Below are positions 1 through 11,449 of a DNA stretch of 64,000 nt, one piece after another. The notes under the pieces were generated by a model. That model was not told the DNA's origin. It saw nothing but the letters and a program-made list of their open reading frames with translations, and did no database searches. The position numbers were made by a program, and so were the translations under genes. The stretch spans positions 440,986,947-441,050,946 of the forward strand of contig NC_133618.1 in assembly GCF_048593235.1 (NCBI RefSeq). The letters run 5' to 3'. This DNA comes from Sminthopsis crassicaudata. Taxonomy: Eukaryota. Within the stretch, counting starts at the first letter, position 1; each line of letters opens with the position of its first letter.

Positions 1-350
1 ATAACCAATTAGGAGGCTGTTACAATAGTCCAGGCTGGAGGTGATGAGGGTCTACACAGGGTTATGACTGTGTGAAGGTCCAGAAGGGAATAGATGAGAG
101 AAAGGGGATGAAAGTAGAAATGACACGAGTGTGCATGTGGGTGAGAGGGACGAATCAAGGCTGACATTGAGATTTGAAGACTGGATGGTTGGGATGATAG
201 TGGTTCTCTTAACATTAGTAGAGAAGGGTTAAGGGGAAAGTTTGGTGGTAGTGTGGGAGGATTAGTTCTGTTTTGGGACAACAAAATCTAATAGGCATTT
301 TGCAGAACTAGGCTTCAGCAGAAACATTAGGTCTGCATATATGGAACTTG
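1..350 (-). mobile_element. L2 LINE fragment
   Basis: Purine-rich degenerate L2-like text (aggaggctgttacaatagtccagg...gattagttctgttttggga). Confidence 0.6.
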
Positions 351-383
351 GAATTAGCAGCATAAAGATAATGCTATATATAG

Positions 384-933
384 CAGGGATTCTCAACTGT
401 TTTTTAAGTTTATTTATTTATTTGGTTCCTATATCTCTTGGCTTTTAGTAAACTTCCTCTATTCCACATTAAAGGAAACAAATTCTAGAACTTATTATTT
501 GTAAGAAAGAAAATAAATTAGTTTTTCATAAAGAAAACTTTCTTGGGCCCATAATATTTTTTCACTAACATTACTACTTTTGGAATATCTCAATAGGATA
601 ATATAATTATTTAGGCTAGTTAGGTGTAACAGTGGATACAGTGTTGGCCCTGGAATCAGGAAGATTCATTTTCCTGAGTTTAAACCTGGTCTCAGATACT
701 TACTGGGTGACCCTGAACAAGTCACTTCATTTTGTTTGCCTCAGTTTTCTCAGCTGTAAATGGGTTAGAGAAGAAAATGGTGAACCAATGCAATATTTTG
801 CCAAGAAAACCCCAAAGGTTGGATACAACTGAAAAAAAAACCAAACATAATTATTTACCCCATATTCTCCATGCCCCTTAAAAAAATTCTTATACTCTTT
901 GGGGATATATGTTTCTCAGGTGGGGAACTCCTG
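384..933. mobile_element. Old hAT/Charlie-like non-autonomous DNA element with a nested MAR1-like SINE (about 620-840, +)
   Basis: Imperfect TIRs cagggattctcaac (384) and gtggggaactcctg (933); no intact 8-bp TSD. The inner SINE has a CORE and an RTE-like tail (gccaagaaaacccca). Confidence 0.45.
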
Positions 934-1884
934 TAGTGAAAATCGAAATTAACTTTTTTTTTTTTTTGGCTTCCAATTTATTCTGTTGACTCATAGTTTC
1001 CAGTCCACTAAAACCTCAGCCTCAGGGTATTTTTCCTACCATTCTGATCTGGCCACATTTCTTCCTACCCAAACCTCCTGATCTCTCTCTCTACTTTTAC
1101 CGCGTGTGTATTTGTGTGTATGTATACCTATGTATATGTATATATATAACACAAATATGCATACAGATAGATAGATAGATAGTTTTTTAAACCAAAGACT
1201 TCATATTCAACCTCATTAAATTTCATCTTAGATTTCAGGGTCTGAGAAGTACAGGAACTAAGGTTAGGAAAGAAGGTTGGTTAATGATTAATTTGGTTAA
1301 TTGGTTAAGTTGTGATAGAGAGAAAGCATGATGAGCTGTCCAGAGAGATTAGAGGTGACTGGTTATTTTGAGTATCTGGAAAAGGAGATAAGACTGAAGA
1401 GATATTAAAGGGAACAGTGACACCCAAAACATTGTTTTACGCAGAGTCTTGAGCTGAGCTTCAGGAGATTTGAGTTCTTGACCCCGTTCTGTGAATAACA
1501 GTGTGTGGGCAAATAATTTTCCTCTGAGGGCCTCAGTTTTCTCTTTTGTAAAGAATAAGCAATAGCATAGATCAGAGTAGATTTTGGGGGAGACCTTGAA
1601 CTTTTTTAAAAGTGGAAAAAATTACATCTTTATTTTCACTAACACCTAACTGAAGTTTTGTATTCCTGTCAGGTATGATTTTTTTAAAAAGGAAACTTTA
1701 AATATTTAGCTTCCAATTTCTGGAAGGCTAAAGAAGAATTTTTATTCTGGACATCAACAACAACAAAATAAAACTGTGCTTATAGATCATTTTCTGCCAT
1801 ATTCTTTCTTTAGGACCACTATGTTATTGTTGCTCTTTCTACTACATGGGGTGTATATATACTGGGTGCTAATAAAAGACTTTT

Positions 1885-2100
1885 ATCAAAACTTTTCTGC
1901 ATTGCAGTTTCAATATATTTCAGGTCAGCATAAGAAGCTAAATGGTTATTTTGAGAGAGTTTTGTGGAAGCCACAGATGACACTCAAAGGCCAGCAGATG
2001 ACACAAGACTATGACCAAATATTTAACCCAAATTTTACAATGAGGTACTATACACACCCCATAAAAGAAAAAAAAAATCAAACGTCGTTTCTGTATCACA
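1885..2100 (+). mobile_element. Internal fragment of the Tigger-like MITE family also at 4121 and 19378
   Basis: Shares cagatgacac...ttaacccaaattttaca...caccccataaaa with the other copies. Confidence 0.55.
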
Positions 2101-2960
2101 TACTCTACATCAGTTATGATTTCTTAAAGAGTTGTTCTGAGGACTTCATAGATTTCTTTTTGACTGCCAAAAAGGTCCGTGCCTCAAAAAAGGCTAAGAA
2201 TTCTTAGCTTAAATGTGCTCTGCGGCCTCCTTATAGCTTAGCTCACTCCCTTCCTCTCAAACTAAACATTTCAGAAGCAATATGTAGCATTTAAAACGGT
2301 TGCTCAATCAGTTATGCTGATTTCCCCTTCTTCTCCTTCTTCTTTAATTTTTGTTGTTGGTTATTATATGGGATGGCAGTCTAAGACAGGGAGGGGAGTA
2401 TTGGGGAAAATCATGGTAGTATAAAAATCCAGCAGACATCAATAACAATTTGTTTTTAAAGACTGAAAGGTCGGTCAACTGGGGAAGAGGCAACCTTGAA
2501 GTACAAACCACCGGAACCATATCAGGGCTGGGTCAGGGAGTTCTACATGTTCCAGTCTAATCCTCATTATTGCATATATGACCTTTCTAGGAAATTGGGG
2601 CATAGAAAAGTTGAATGATTGGGCTAAGAAAACAGCAAGATTCAAAACTCACAGAACTTTAGGGCTGGAAAGGACCTTAGAGACCAGTTCCCTCCAAAGG
2701 GGATCATAGTGATAAAGGGCTTAGCACAGAGCCTGGCACATAGTAGGTGTTTAATAAATGCTTCCTTTTCCTTCTCTCCTTCCCTCTTCTTTATCTTTCC
2801 TACAAGCCCTCAACTGTAGCCTTTTATGGATGGAAGAATAGAGTATTCTTAGAACTCATTATTTTACAGTTTGCTTTCCTCTATCCACACTGATACTTTG
2901 TAGGGATTTGTGTTTTATTGTGTTGTTATATGTAGACTGTTTCAAAAATTGTTGAATTCA

Positions 2961-3574
2961 TATGCCCAGAGGGCTATAAAACTGCTCATAGTCTTTGACC
3001 CAGCAGTGCCATTATTGGGTCTGTATCCCAAGGAAATCATAAGGGAAGGGAAAGGACCCACATGTGCAAAAATGTTTGTAGCGGCTCTTTTTGTGGTAGC
3101 AAAGAACTGGAACATGAGATGTCCATCAGTTGGGGAATGGCTGAACAAGTTGTGGTATATGAAGGTAATGGGATATTGTTATTCTATAAAAAATGATGAA
3201 CAAATTAATTTTAGAAAGGACTGGAAAGATTTACACGAACTGATACTGAATGAAACAAGCAGAACCAGGAGATCATTGTACAAAATAACAGCAAGAATGT
3301 GCGATGATCAGCTGTGAGTTGATTGTTCTCAGTGGTTCCATGATCCCAAGCAATCCCAGTAGACTTTGGATGGAAAATGCCATCTGCATCCAGAAAAAGA
3401 ACTAAGGAAACTGAATGTAAATCAACACATGCTATGTTCACTTCTTTTCGATTTTTTTTTTTTTTTCTCTTCTATGGCTTTTCCCTTTTGCTCTGATTTT
3501 TCTCTCCCAACATGATTCATAAAGCAGAGTGTATTAAAATGATACATAATAATAATACATAAAATAATTTTTTT
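2961..3574 (+). mobile_element. 5'-truncated L1 (ORF2 C-terminus plus 3' UTR)
   Basis: [27 protein letters not shown]...WLNKLWY; degenerate 15-bp TSD aaattgttgaattca (2946-2960) / aaatagttgagttca (3575-3589). Confidence 0.9.
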
Positions 3575-3622
3575 AAATAGTTGAGTTCAGGCTCATAGAG
3601 AGTGAGACCCTTAGTTATCTTA

Positions 3623-3851
3623 TAGTTCAGTCGTTTCCATCATGTCTGACTCTTCATGACCTCATTTGGTGTTTTCTTGGCAAAAACACTGAAGTGGCTT
3701 GCTATTTCATTCTTCAGCTCATTTTACAGATGAGGAAATTGAGACAAATAAGATGAAGTATCTTGCCTGGGGTCTTACAGATAGTGTCTGAGGCTGGATT
3801 TGAAATCATGACTCAGGCCCCGTGCTCTATCCATTGCACCACCTGGCTGCT
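3623..3851 (-). mobile_element. MAR1-like SINE
   Basis: ttcagtcg...gactcttcatgac...ttttcttggcaaa...cattttacagatgaggaaattgag (RTE-type tail plus CORE). Confidence 0.8.
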
Positions 3852-4120
3852 CATGATCTTAGGAGGGACAAGTAATTCACTTTTTCTGGAGGATGCACAA
3901 AATGTGAGCACTCATTTTTGCTGCCAGGTTGAGCTGCCTCTGTTCCTGCCACCAAACCTCTTCAAAGTTAAGACCCCTAAAGGAGGGTCAGGAATATTTT
4001 GTGTGCTCCTATTTTCACTTGGATCTCTCAGGTTCTAGGATCATAGATTCAGAGGGTCCTATGAAGCCATTTATTCAGTTCTCTCATTTTACAGATAAAC
4101 ATGGAGAAGTAGAATGACTA

Positions 4121-4391
4121 CAGTTATTGCTTCCACATCAAGACTTTCCACATTGCAGGTTAGTATAAATTAAATGGGATTTTTTTTTGGAGTTTTATAG
4201 AAGCCAGAAATGACATAAAGCTTATCATCAAATAACCCAAATTTTACACTAAGGTACCATAAATATCCCATTAAAGAAAGAATATCAGACTTTGTTTCTG
4301 GCATAAAGGGGGGGGTCAAAGTTTTTACGTGGATTTTCCAGATCTCGGGGGTGCTGTGCCCCTAAGTCCCATGATGTGGAAGGGATAATTT
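4121..4391 (+). mobile_element. TcMar/Tigger-like MITE, 271 bp
   Basis: TA|cagttattgcttccacatc ... gatgtggaagggataattt|TA: 19-bp imperfect TIRs with TA target duplication. Confidence 0.75.
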
Positions 4392-4469
4392 TATTTCTTC
4401 AGGAACATATGGGAGCTGAAATATGAATGTGGGTCCTCTGACTCCACAAACCTTTTTCTTCACAGCCTC

Positions 4470-6065
4470 CTCTTAGCATGCTTTCCAAAGAACCAAGCTG
4501 AGTCTCATAATGTCAAACTCAAGAAACCCAGAATAGAATTCATTTTCTCCCCTTGAAACTCCTCTTCTTTTTGACTTTGTTACTTTTCTTTAAGACACTG
4601 TGATTTACTGGTCTTCCATGACAACTGCCACGGGCTTATCTTTGATTCCATGTTTCACCCGATTGATTGTAATCCAATTGCTTCCTATACCTGTTACTTC
4701 AAATCTCCTCTCTCCACCACAAAGTGGAGGCTTAGCTCAAGTATCTTTTCTCCACTCCTCCACCTTGTGTCCATAGCTCCTCTCCTCCTCTTTAAGAAGA
4801 GGGGATTTTTTTTTTTTATGTGCATCCTTGATCCCATCCCCTCCAATATCCCATGGGACCTGTCCCTTTGGTCATCCCTCTTCTTATTTTTCTATTTCAA
4901 GAGTTGTTTCAGTTGTGTCCTGCTCTTGCTGACCCCATTTCACCATTTTCCTGGCAGAGAAACTGGATTGATTGGCTTTTCCTTCTAGCTCATTTTTACA
5001 TTTTAACCCCTCCCCCCAATTTATGTTTTAGCCATACTGGAACTTAACTATCCCTGTGCATGATAGTGCCCCTTCTGTCTCTGGGTGGTGGGCTTTGCAT
5101 GGGCTGTTCCCTTCTCACCTGGCTCTTGAAATTCCAAGATCCCTTTAAGGCTCAATTCAAATGTCACCTCCTTTCCTTAATCTCTTAGCAGCTACTCTAC
5201 TTGCCTGTCCAAAAACAAAACCCATGAGTATTTACGCCGTACATGTTTTAATATTTAATTTTTACTTTTGTATGCATTGTTACAAATAGACTTTCTAAGG
5301 ACAGGGAGTGGTTGTTTTTTGTGTTTGCAACCTTTCTACCTGGTACAATACCTAGCACACAGTAGGTGCTTAATAAGTGTTTAGCGGAATTGAATCAAAT
5401 CTAGTTACCAAATCCTGTTGATTCTACAGTTTAAATTCATATCTTCCAAGCCCATTTGAGTCCCAGAATGATTCAACAGACCCCAGACTAATATTTTTCT
5501 TTTTCTCTTCTTTATTCCGTATTTGCTAATACTGCCAGAATAGGCATTCTTATGCATACATCTGTTTAAAAAACTCAAAAATCTCAGTGCCTCTTTCTAG
5601 TCAGCTGCTTTACCATTAATTTTATCAGCAAATTTCACATTTCTGTGTCCAACAAAGACTCTCCACAATCTGGGGTTATACTTCCTTTCTAGTCATAGTA
5701 TTCTCTTTTCCACCCAAAATGGGTAACTAATTCCTAACTAGGCCATCTGAGCCTTTGCTCGCGCTGTACCCTGTGTCCACTATGCAATCTCCATGTATAC
5801 ATCTCTGACTGAACGTGAAGTCAAATTTATACACCATCTCCTTCAAGAAACCTTCCCGGAACCTCTCTACTGATCTTCCCATATTTCTCGCTGTGTGCTA
5901 CTTTGCAAATTTCAGCTGCATTTGTGCCATTTTGTCTACTGTTACTGCTTATCTTAGCTCCTTCTAGATTGTAAGTTCCATGAGGGCTAGGGAATTTTGT
6001 ACCTCCTCCAGCATGCAAACAGTACCCTACACACAGCAGGCACTCAACAAATGTTTGCTGTTGGC
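4470..6065 (+). mobile_element. Cluster of L2 fragments
   Basis: L2 3' end motifs (gcacacagtaggtgcttaataagtg; tagattgtaagttccatgagggc; gcactcaacaaatgtttg). Confidence 0.6.
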
Positions 6066-6343
6066 CAAAAAATAATTAGCGCCTCCTGGGAACTGCTGTC
6101 CCAGATCCTAGGAAACCTCAGAACTTGGATTCGGGGACCTCCATCACACACCTCCCTGGTGTTCCCCTGGCAGGGACTCCATGGCTAGTCCATCTGTTGA
6201 AGTTTGAAGAATGTGACTTCCTCCTCCAGCCCTCCGTAGGAAACTAGAAACCATCATTTAAATCAAATGTGGCTATTCTAAGGAATCAATACCTTTCCAC
6301 CCCTCCTCATTTTGATGTGATAATCCAAACCAAATGCACTTAC

Positions 6344-6615
6344 CAGGATTTCATTGTCAGAGTGTTGAGCAGGTCTCAACCAGGTGCTAGAGGGTGTGGG
6401 TGGGCCTGTTCCTCCCTCCCGGCTGGGTGAACCTTCAGGGTCTTTACCCTGGGTTATCAGATTTTGCTAGTTCGCTGGAACATGTCTGGAATGCCCCACA
6501 CTGGGATAGTTTGTGGCACCCCCCGTGTCCAGATAGCTTCTTGTGGATCTGAGTCTGGGAAGACCCTTTAAGCCTGATCCTTCTGGTCTGGGAGCCCAAG
6601 ACCTTGTGTAAGCCC
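6344..6615 (-). other. Candidate non-coding 5' exon (possibly SLA2 5' UTR)
   Basis: Unique sequence between repeats; strong donor CTG|gtaagt at 6344/6343; weak acceptor acttttag| at 6615; only a short uORF (ATG TTC CAG CGA ACT AGC AAA ATC TGA). Confidence 0.4.
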
Positions 6616-6995
6616 CTAAAAGTCTCCTTTCAAGATGTATGATAGGAAATGGTGAAGGATTCCTTTGAGTCTTTAGTTGACATTGCAGACTTGGTGGTTC
6701 TTAGAACCACTGGTTTCCTCTGACGACAGCACACAGCGTAAGAAGCACCAACGAGTTCCTGTTCTAGAGGAGAAAGCATCATTCTTTTCTGAGCCCAAAG
6801 CAACTTATTTCATGATTTTAGACTAGTTTCTTTTAGAACAAAAGTAAGCTAGAAAGCAATATGGCCTAAAGGAAAAAAGCACAATTGGAAGAATTGGGAT
6901 ACCAGACTTTAGTTTTGGCCAACATAAAATAAAAATAGAAACCTTTTTAGGTCTCAAAACAAAAATTTTTATTCCTGTCGAGTCTATATACTATT

Positions 6996-7070
6996 TTTTA
7001 AAAATAGCTTTTTATTTCCAAAATATATGCGATAGTTTTCAACATTCACCCTTGCAAAACCTTGTATACA
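6996..7070 (-). mobile_element. 75-bp L1 3'-terminal insertion
   Basis: L1 tail (gatagttttcaacattcacccttgcaaaacc) with perfect 13-bp TSD tctatatactatt at 6983-6995 and 7071-7083. Confidence 0.85.
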
Positions 7071-7249
7071 TCTATATACTATTACTGGAAACTAGGTGGT
7101 ATAGTGGAAAGATGTTCTTGGAATCAGGAAGCCCTGGATTCAAATTCTACCTCAGACCTATTACTAATTACGAGACTGGGCAAGTCATCTAACCTTTATT
7201 AAAGAGTTGTATGGAGCAAAATGAGATAACAGTAAATAAAGCTATATTC

Positions 7250-8330
7250 ACTTAAAGAGATCATAAAAAGGTAAAAGGACCCTTGTGTACAAAAATGTCT
7301 GTAGCAGCTTTTTTATGGTGGCAAAGAACCAGAAATTGAGGGGATATCCATCAATTGGAGAATGGCTGAACAAGGTGTGTTATATGAATATAATGGAGTA
7401 CTATTGTGCTGTAAGAAATGATGAGCAGGCTGATTTCAGAAAATCCTGGACAGTCTTTCTTATGGGAATTGATTTTGAGTGAGATGAGCAGAACTAGTAC
7501 ATAGTAACAGAAGCATTATGTAATTATCAATTTTGATAAGACTTTGGTCTTCTCAGCAATATAATAATCTGAGACAATTCCAAGAGACTTGTGATGGAAA
7601 ATGCTATCCATATACAGAGAAAGAACTATGGAATCTAATGCAGACTGAAGCATATTCACTTTTTAAAAACATTTCTTTCTCATGGGTTTTCCCTGATGCT
7701 CTGATTTTTCTTTTACAACACGACTAATGTGGAAATATTTAAAAACTTTTTAAAAATTTTAGTTGTATTTTTTTTTAAATATGTGCAAAGATAGTTTTCA
7801 ACATTCAACTTTGCAAAACCTTGTGTTACAAATTTATCTCTCTCTCCTTCCCCCTCTCCCCTCCCCAAGATAACAAGAAATCCCATATGGGCTAAAAATA
7901 TGCAATTCTTTTAATCGTGTTTCCATATTCCTTATGCTGTACAAGGAAAATCAGATCAAAATGAAAAAAACAAAAATCCCAAGCAAACAACAAAGGTAAA
8001 AATATTATGTTGTGATGACCCACATTCAGTCCCCATAGTCCTTTCTCTGGATGCAGATGGCTTTCTCTATCACATCTGTTTATTGGAATTAGCCTGAATT
8101 GCCTCGATCATCACACAATCTTGCTGCTGTGTACAATGTTTTCTTGGATCTACTCACTTAGCATCAGTTCATGTAAGTCTTAGGAATATTTAATATAATT
8201 GTACATGTATAACTGTATCAGATAGCTTGCTGTCCTTAGGAGAGAGAAAAAAATGAAAATCAAGTTTATAATAAATGTTGAAAATTATCTGTACATATAA
8301 TTAGAAAAACCCCAAATACCATAAGTATAT
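7250..8330 (+). mobile_element. L1 3' fragment (+) interrupted by a nested minus-strand L1 3' UTR (about 7746-8180)
   Basis: The plus-strand L1 breaks at ggaaatatttaa (about 7731-7742) and resumes at ggaatatttaatataattgtacatg (about 8182). The inner segment reads as an antisense L1 3' UTR with a poly(T) end. Confidence 0.8.
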
Positions 8331-8373
8331 GTAAACTTTAAGGCACTATAGAAATGCTAGTTATCATTATCTT

Positions 8374-8610
8374 TGGGGCAGCTAGCTGGGTAGCACAAGA
8401 GTATTGGGCCTGAAGTCCCAAAGAACTGAGTTTAAACCCAGTGTCAGTAACTTCCTGTGTGACCCTGAGCAAACCACTTAATCCTCTCTGCCTGTTTTCA
8501 CATCTGTAAAAAGAGCTGAAGGAAATGGCAGGCTACTCCAGTATCTGCCAAGAAAAATCCAAATGGAATCGCAAAGTCAGGCAAGACTGACTGAAATGAC
8601 TGAACAATTC
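8374..8610 (+). mobile_element. MAR1-like SINE
   Basis: ggggcagctag head, CORE, then ctactccagtatctgccaagaaaa...actgaaatgactgaacaa tail. Confidence 0.75.
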
Positions 8611-9559
8611 ATTATTAACATTAAAATGTTTCAAGGACTGGGTGCTTCTCAGGAATGTTTCATATATGTGTAACAGAGACATGGATTTGTTTGGCTTAGT
8701 TTCAGAGAAAACTAGGGTCAATGCGAAGCAACTGAAGAAAAGCCCATTCCTGTATATGGAATAAGTTTCTACCAGAGGGCCTGCAAAGATGGACTAGCCA
8801 TCATCTTAGATGCTCAAGTGATGGATGGATGAGCACTCATCAGGATGACAGGAGTTTGTCCTCTTGCAAGATGACCTTTTCTGCAGTAATTTCTTGTCTG
8901 ATACAGTTTAACCTAAATTATATGTAAAAGACTTGTTAGCACCAACAGTGAATGATCTAATTAATCACTGATTCCTGCCAATTCCTTTCTTCAATATACT
9001 TTTCCCTTCCAATCTCTCCTTGTAGATAAAAATCAAGATTTTAAGTTTAAAGTTAAAGCTAGGGAGCCGATAGATAGGTTTATTCTCATTACAAAAGTTT
9101 CAATTATTTCTAATCTTCTACTCGGTCTCCCTAGAAGCAATTAGGTAGTGAAGTAAACTCTTGGGAGATGTCAGGAAGACCTGAGTCCAAATTCGGCTTC
9201 AGACACATGCTAGCTGTTACCGCTTATTTGCCTCAGTTTTCCCAATCATAAAAATGGGGATAGTGGCCCCTCCTTCGCAGATCATGGGGAACATCAAATT
9301 AGATATTTGTAAAAAGAACTTAGCACAGAGCCTGGTGCTTTAATGTGTTCCCTCTACTTAGTCCATTGAGGAACAAGTGAGTGCAAGTTCACCACCTGGC
9401 TTCTTCTGGTTTTACACCTCTGCTCAGTGGGAGGCCCTTTGTCAGGTTGGGGGTTCAACGGACTCCATGCTGTCCAGATTCAGGGCCCAGGGTCAAGGGG
9501 TAGCTAGGAGCTTGGTGGAGTGAGATGGTGACTGGCAGCATTTACCTAACCAACTCGAG

Positions 9560-9860
9560 AGGCTCCCCCTCTCCCCACCCCACCCCCACTCCGCACCCTG
9601 TCCGGTCTCACTGACCACAATACTCATACCTCGCCCACGCCCGTGCTCCCTTGAGCACTGCTCAGCTTCCTGCCTACTCAACACCAGAAGGCAGGCTGGG
9701 AGACCTACCCCCATGGGCAAGCAGGGGAAATGGCCAACTGGGCCACCACAGAGCCGGTAACAGGGAGATGTGGGGGAGCGGCCGGGGGCTGAAAGCCTCC
9801 CCCTGGCCTGCAGACTCTCAGCTTCCTGCCACCCCGCCTCCCTCTGTGTACTGAAGGCCA
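9560..9860 (-). promoter_or_regulatory. GC-rich promoter or enhancer with candidate non-coding first exon ending at 9630 (possibly SLA2)
   Basis: RUNX ACCACA at 9614-9619 and 9745-9750; ETS CAGGAAG at 9666-9672 and 9822-9828; GC box at 9832-9842; donor GAG|gtatgagt at 9630/9629. Human synteny places SLA2 directly downstream of NDRG3 on the same strand. Confidence 0.45.
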
Positions 9861-10122
9861 TCTGAGGGAGCAGACATCCTGTATAGGGTGGGCATCCTAG
9901 TGGATCTGCCACTCTGGGACCCTTGAGGAGGAAAGGGGATTTAGGAGGTTGTTGAATAATAGGAAAAAGTGCTAAATGCAAGCTGTCTTTGGAAAATCCA
10001 CTTTCCTTCCTCCCATCATCACGGCCACTTAAAACAAGCTACTCAGCATGGCTTCTAAATGCTTACTGTGAGAGTGAAGGAAATAACAGCAATGCAATCA
10101 GTAACAATGAGACATATACAGC

Positions 10123-10128
10123 TTTATT
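10123..10128 (-). terminator. Distal polyadenylation signal AATAAA
   Basis: Plus-strand tttatt, followed on the minus strand by a U/GU-rich stretch (gtatatgtctcattgttactgattgcattgctgttatttcc). Confidence 0.65.
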
Positions 10129-10766
10129 AATAATCTGTAAAAAGTTACACTCTAGCAGAGTGGCTTCTTTTCTACTTATGCAGTTGAAGTTAATCTACCC
10201 CAAGAGCCCTTGTACCCCCAACTCAGCACTGAGCCAGCTAGACAGAGAGTTTGTGGCTGGGAAAGACAAATCAAGAGCCCTGAACTTGGGCTCCTTTCGA
10301 GGAGATCCAGGTGGACATGTCCCCTTGGAGGCACCTTCCCTCTCACAAAAAGGGAGTTCACAAGGCAAAGGATCTTTCAGACAACTGTGTTTAATGTCAT
10401 TTTAAATGGAGCTTGCATAAGGTCTGACTGAACACAGTGATATTATAGAGTACCATAATAATGCCTACAGAACTCCCTTTATCCACAGAACTGCTCCCCG
10501 CTTGGTTTTGGAAGAGCTGCACTGTATTCTCCTGAGGAGTGCTTCTTAGGAGTTGTTTGAACAGCAGTCCCTTCTGCCCTGCAGCAGCAGGTGAGGGCTA
10601 GGTGAGTCTCCACGCCTCTTTGGGCCCTGTAGAGTGAGAGCTTCAATATTTCTGCAGCAACAGAGAGTCTGGTAATTAAACCATATGCGCAGCTTTAACA
10701 AAACCACTCCACTCTGCGTCAGAACTGCCACTGCTCACAGGCTCTCGGAGAATACTGCGCTCCCTT

Positions 10767-10772
10767 TTTATT
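10767..10772 (-). terminator. Possible proximal polyadenylation signal AATAAA
   Basis: Canonical hexamer about 680 nt after the stop codon; no strong downstream U/GU element seen. Confidence 0.3.
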
Positions 10773-11130
10773 TGGCTGTAGAATAAATAGTTTATGTGGA
10801 TTCACTTGAACAGAAGCACCAAGCCAGCCTCCCTTTCCTCTATGTGCAAGAGGGTTTCCCTTTATCCTTAAGGAGGAGAGGTACAAATAGTAATTGTGAC
10901 CTTTTACATTCTTCGACACTACTCTGAATCCCAATAAGCTCGAGAGACAACTGAATTGAACTGAACTGAACTGAGAGCTACACAGCAGGAGAGAGCTCGT
11001 CGGCCCGCCAAACAATGTCGGTTCTGTGTTTTCTCCTTCAAAAACACCACTGAAAACAGAAAGGAAGAAACGAGTCCCTTTTCTTCCTTTGCAGAAGCTT
11101 AACAAGAAAGCGATTCTAAATTCACAGAAC

Positions 11131-11166
11131 TATGCACACACACGCACGCGCACAGACACACACACA
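11131..11166. repeat. (CA/CG) alternating purine-pyrimidine microsatellite in the 3' UTR
   Basis: tatgcacacacacgcacgcgcacagacacacacaca. Confidence 0.8.
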
Positions 11167-11449
11167 GAGAACCAGGATCAGAGAATCATATCTGATAAAT
11201 AGCTGAGAAAGCACAGGGAAGGCCGTGAACATATCTGCTAAGACTGGAATGTCACGGTGACCATGGGGAGAAGGGGGGTCACTGGGGAGGTACAAAAAAG
11301 GCTAAAAGAACCATCAATTCAGGCTAATGAAGTTACAGTGGGCATGCATGAGTGAGGACAGTAAATGCCAGTTTGCTGGATGAAACGCTATATTATAGGG
11401 CTAGTCAGTTGGGGGAGGACTTGGATGGGTTCAGAAGAGGTGCATCTGC

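Larger units (their letters stand above)
10105..11449 (-). other. NDRG3: NDRG3 3' UTR (distal end approximate)
   Basis: Unique, repeat-free, moderately GC-rich sequence from the stop codon to the AATAAA at 10123-10128. Confidence 0.7.

Noticed and set aside
1776-2207. 143-aa ORF with a hydrophobic N-terminus
   Set aside because: It runs through an AT-rich MITE fragment, with no splice support and no recognisable domain.
2910-3317. 135-aa ORF (and similar ORFs at 7285-7482, 31863-32051, 47104-47544)
   Set aside because: These are L1 ORF2 C-terminal remnants with frameshifts and stops, not host genes.
1-6340. SLA2 first coding exon
   Set aside because: I searched for an ATGGGNAG-type start with SLA2-like sequence on the minus strand and found none; it probably lies left of the window.
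9493-9981. 162-aa minus-strand ORF as possible SLA2 coding sequence
   Set aside because: No MGSLP-like start and no SH3/SH2 motifs; explained by GC-rich regulatory DNA.
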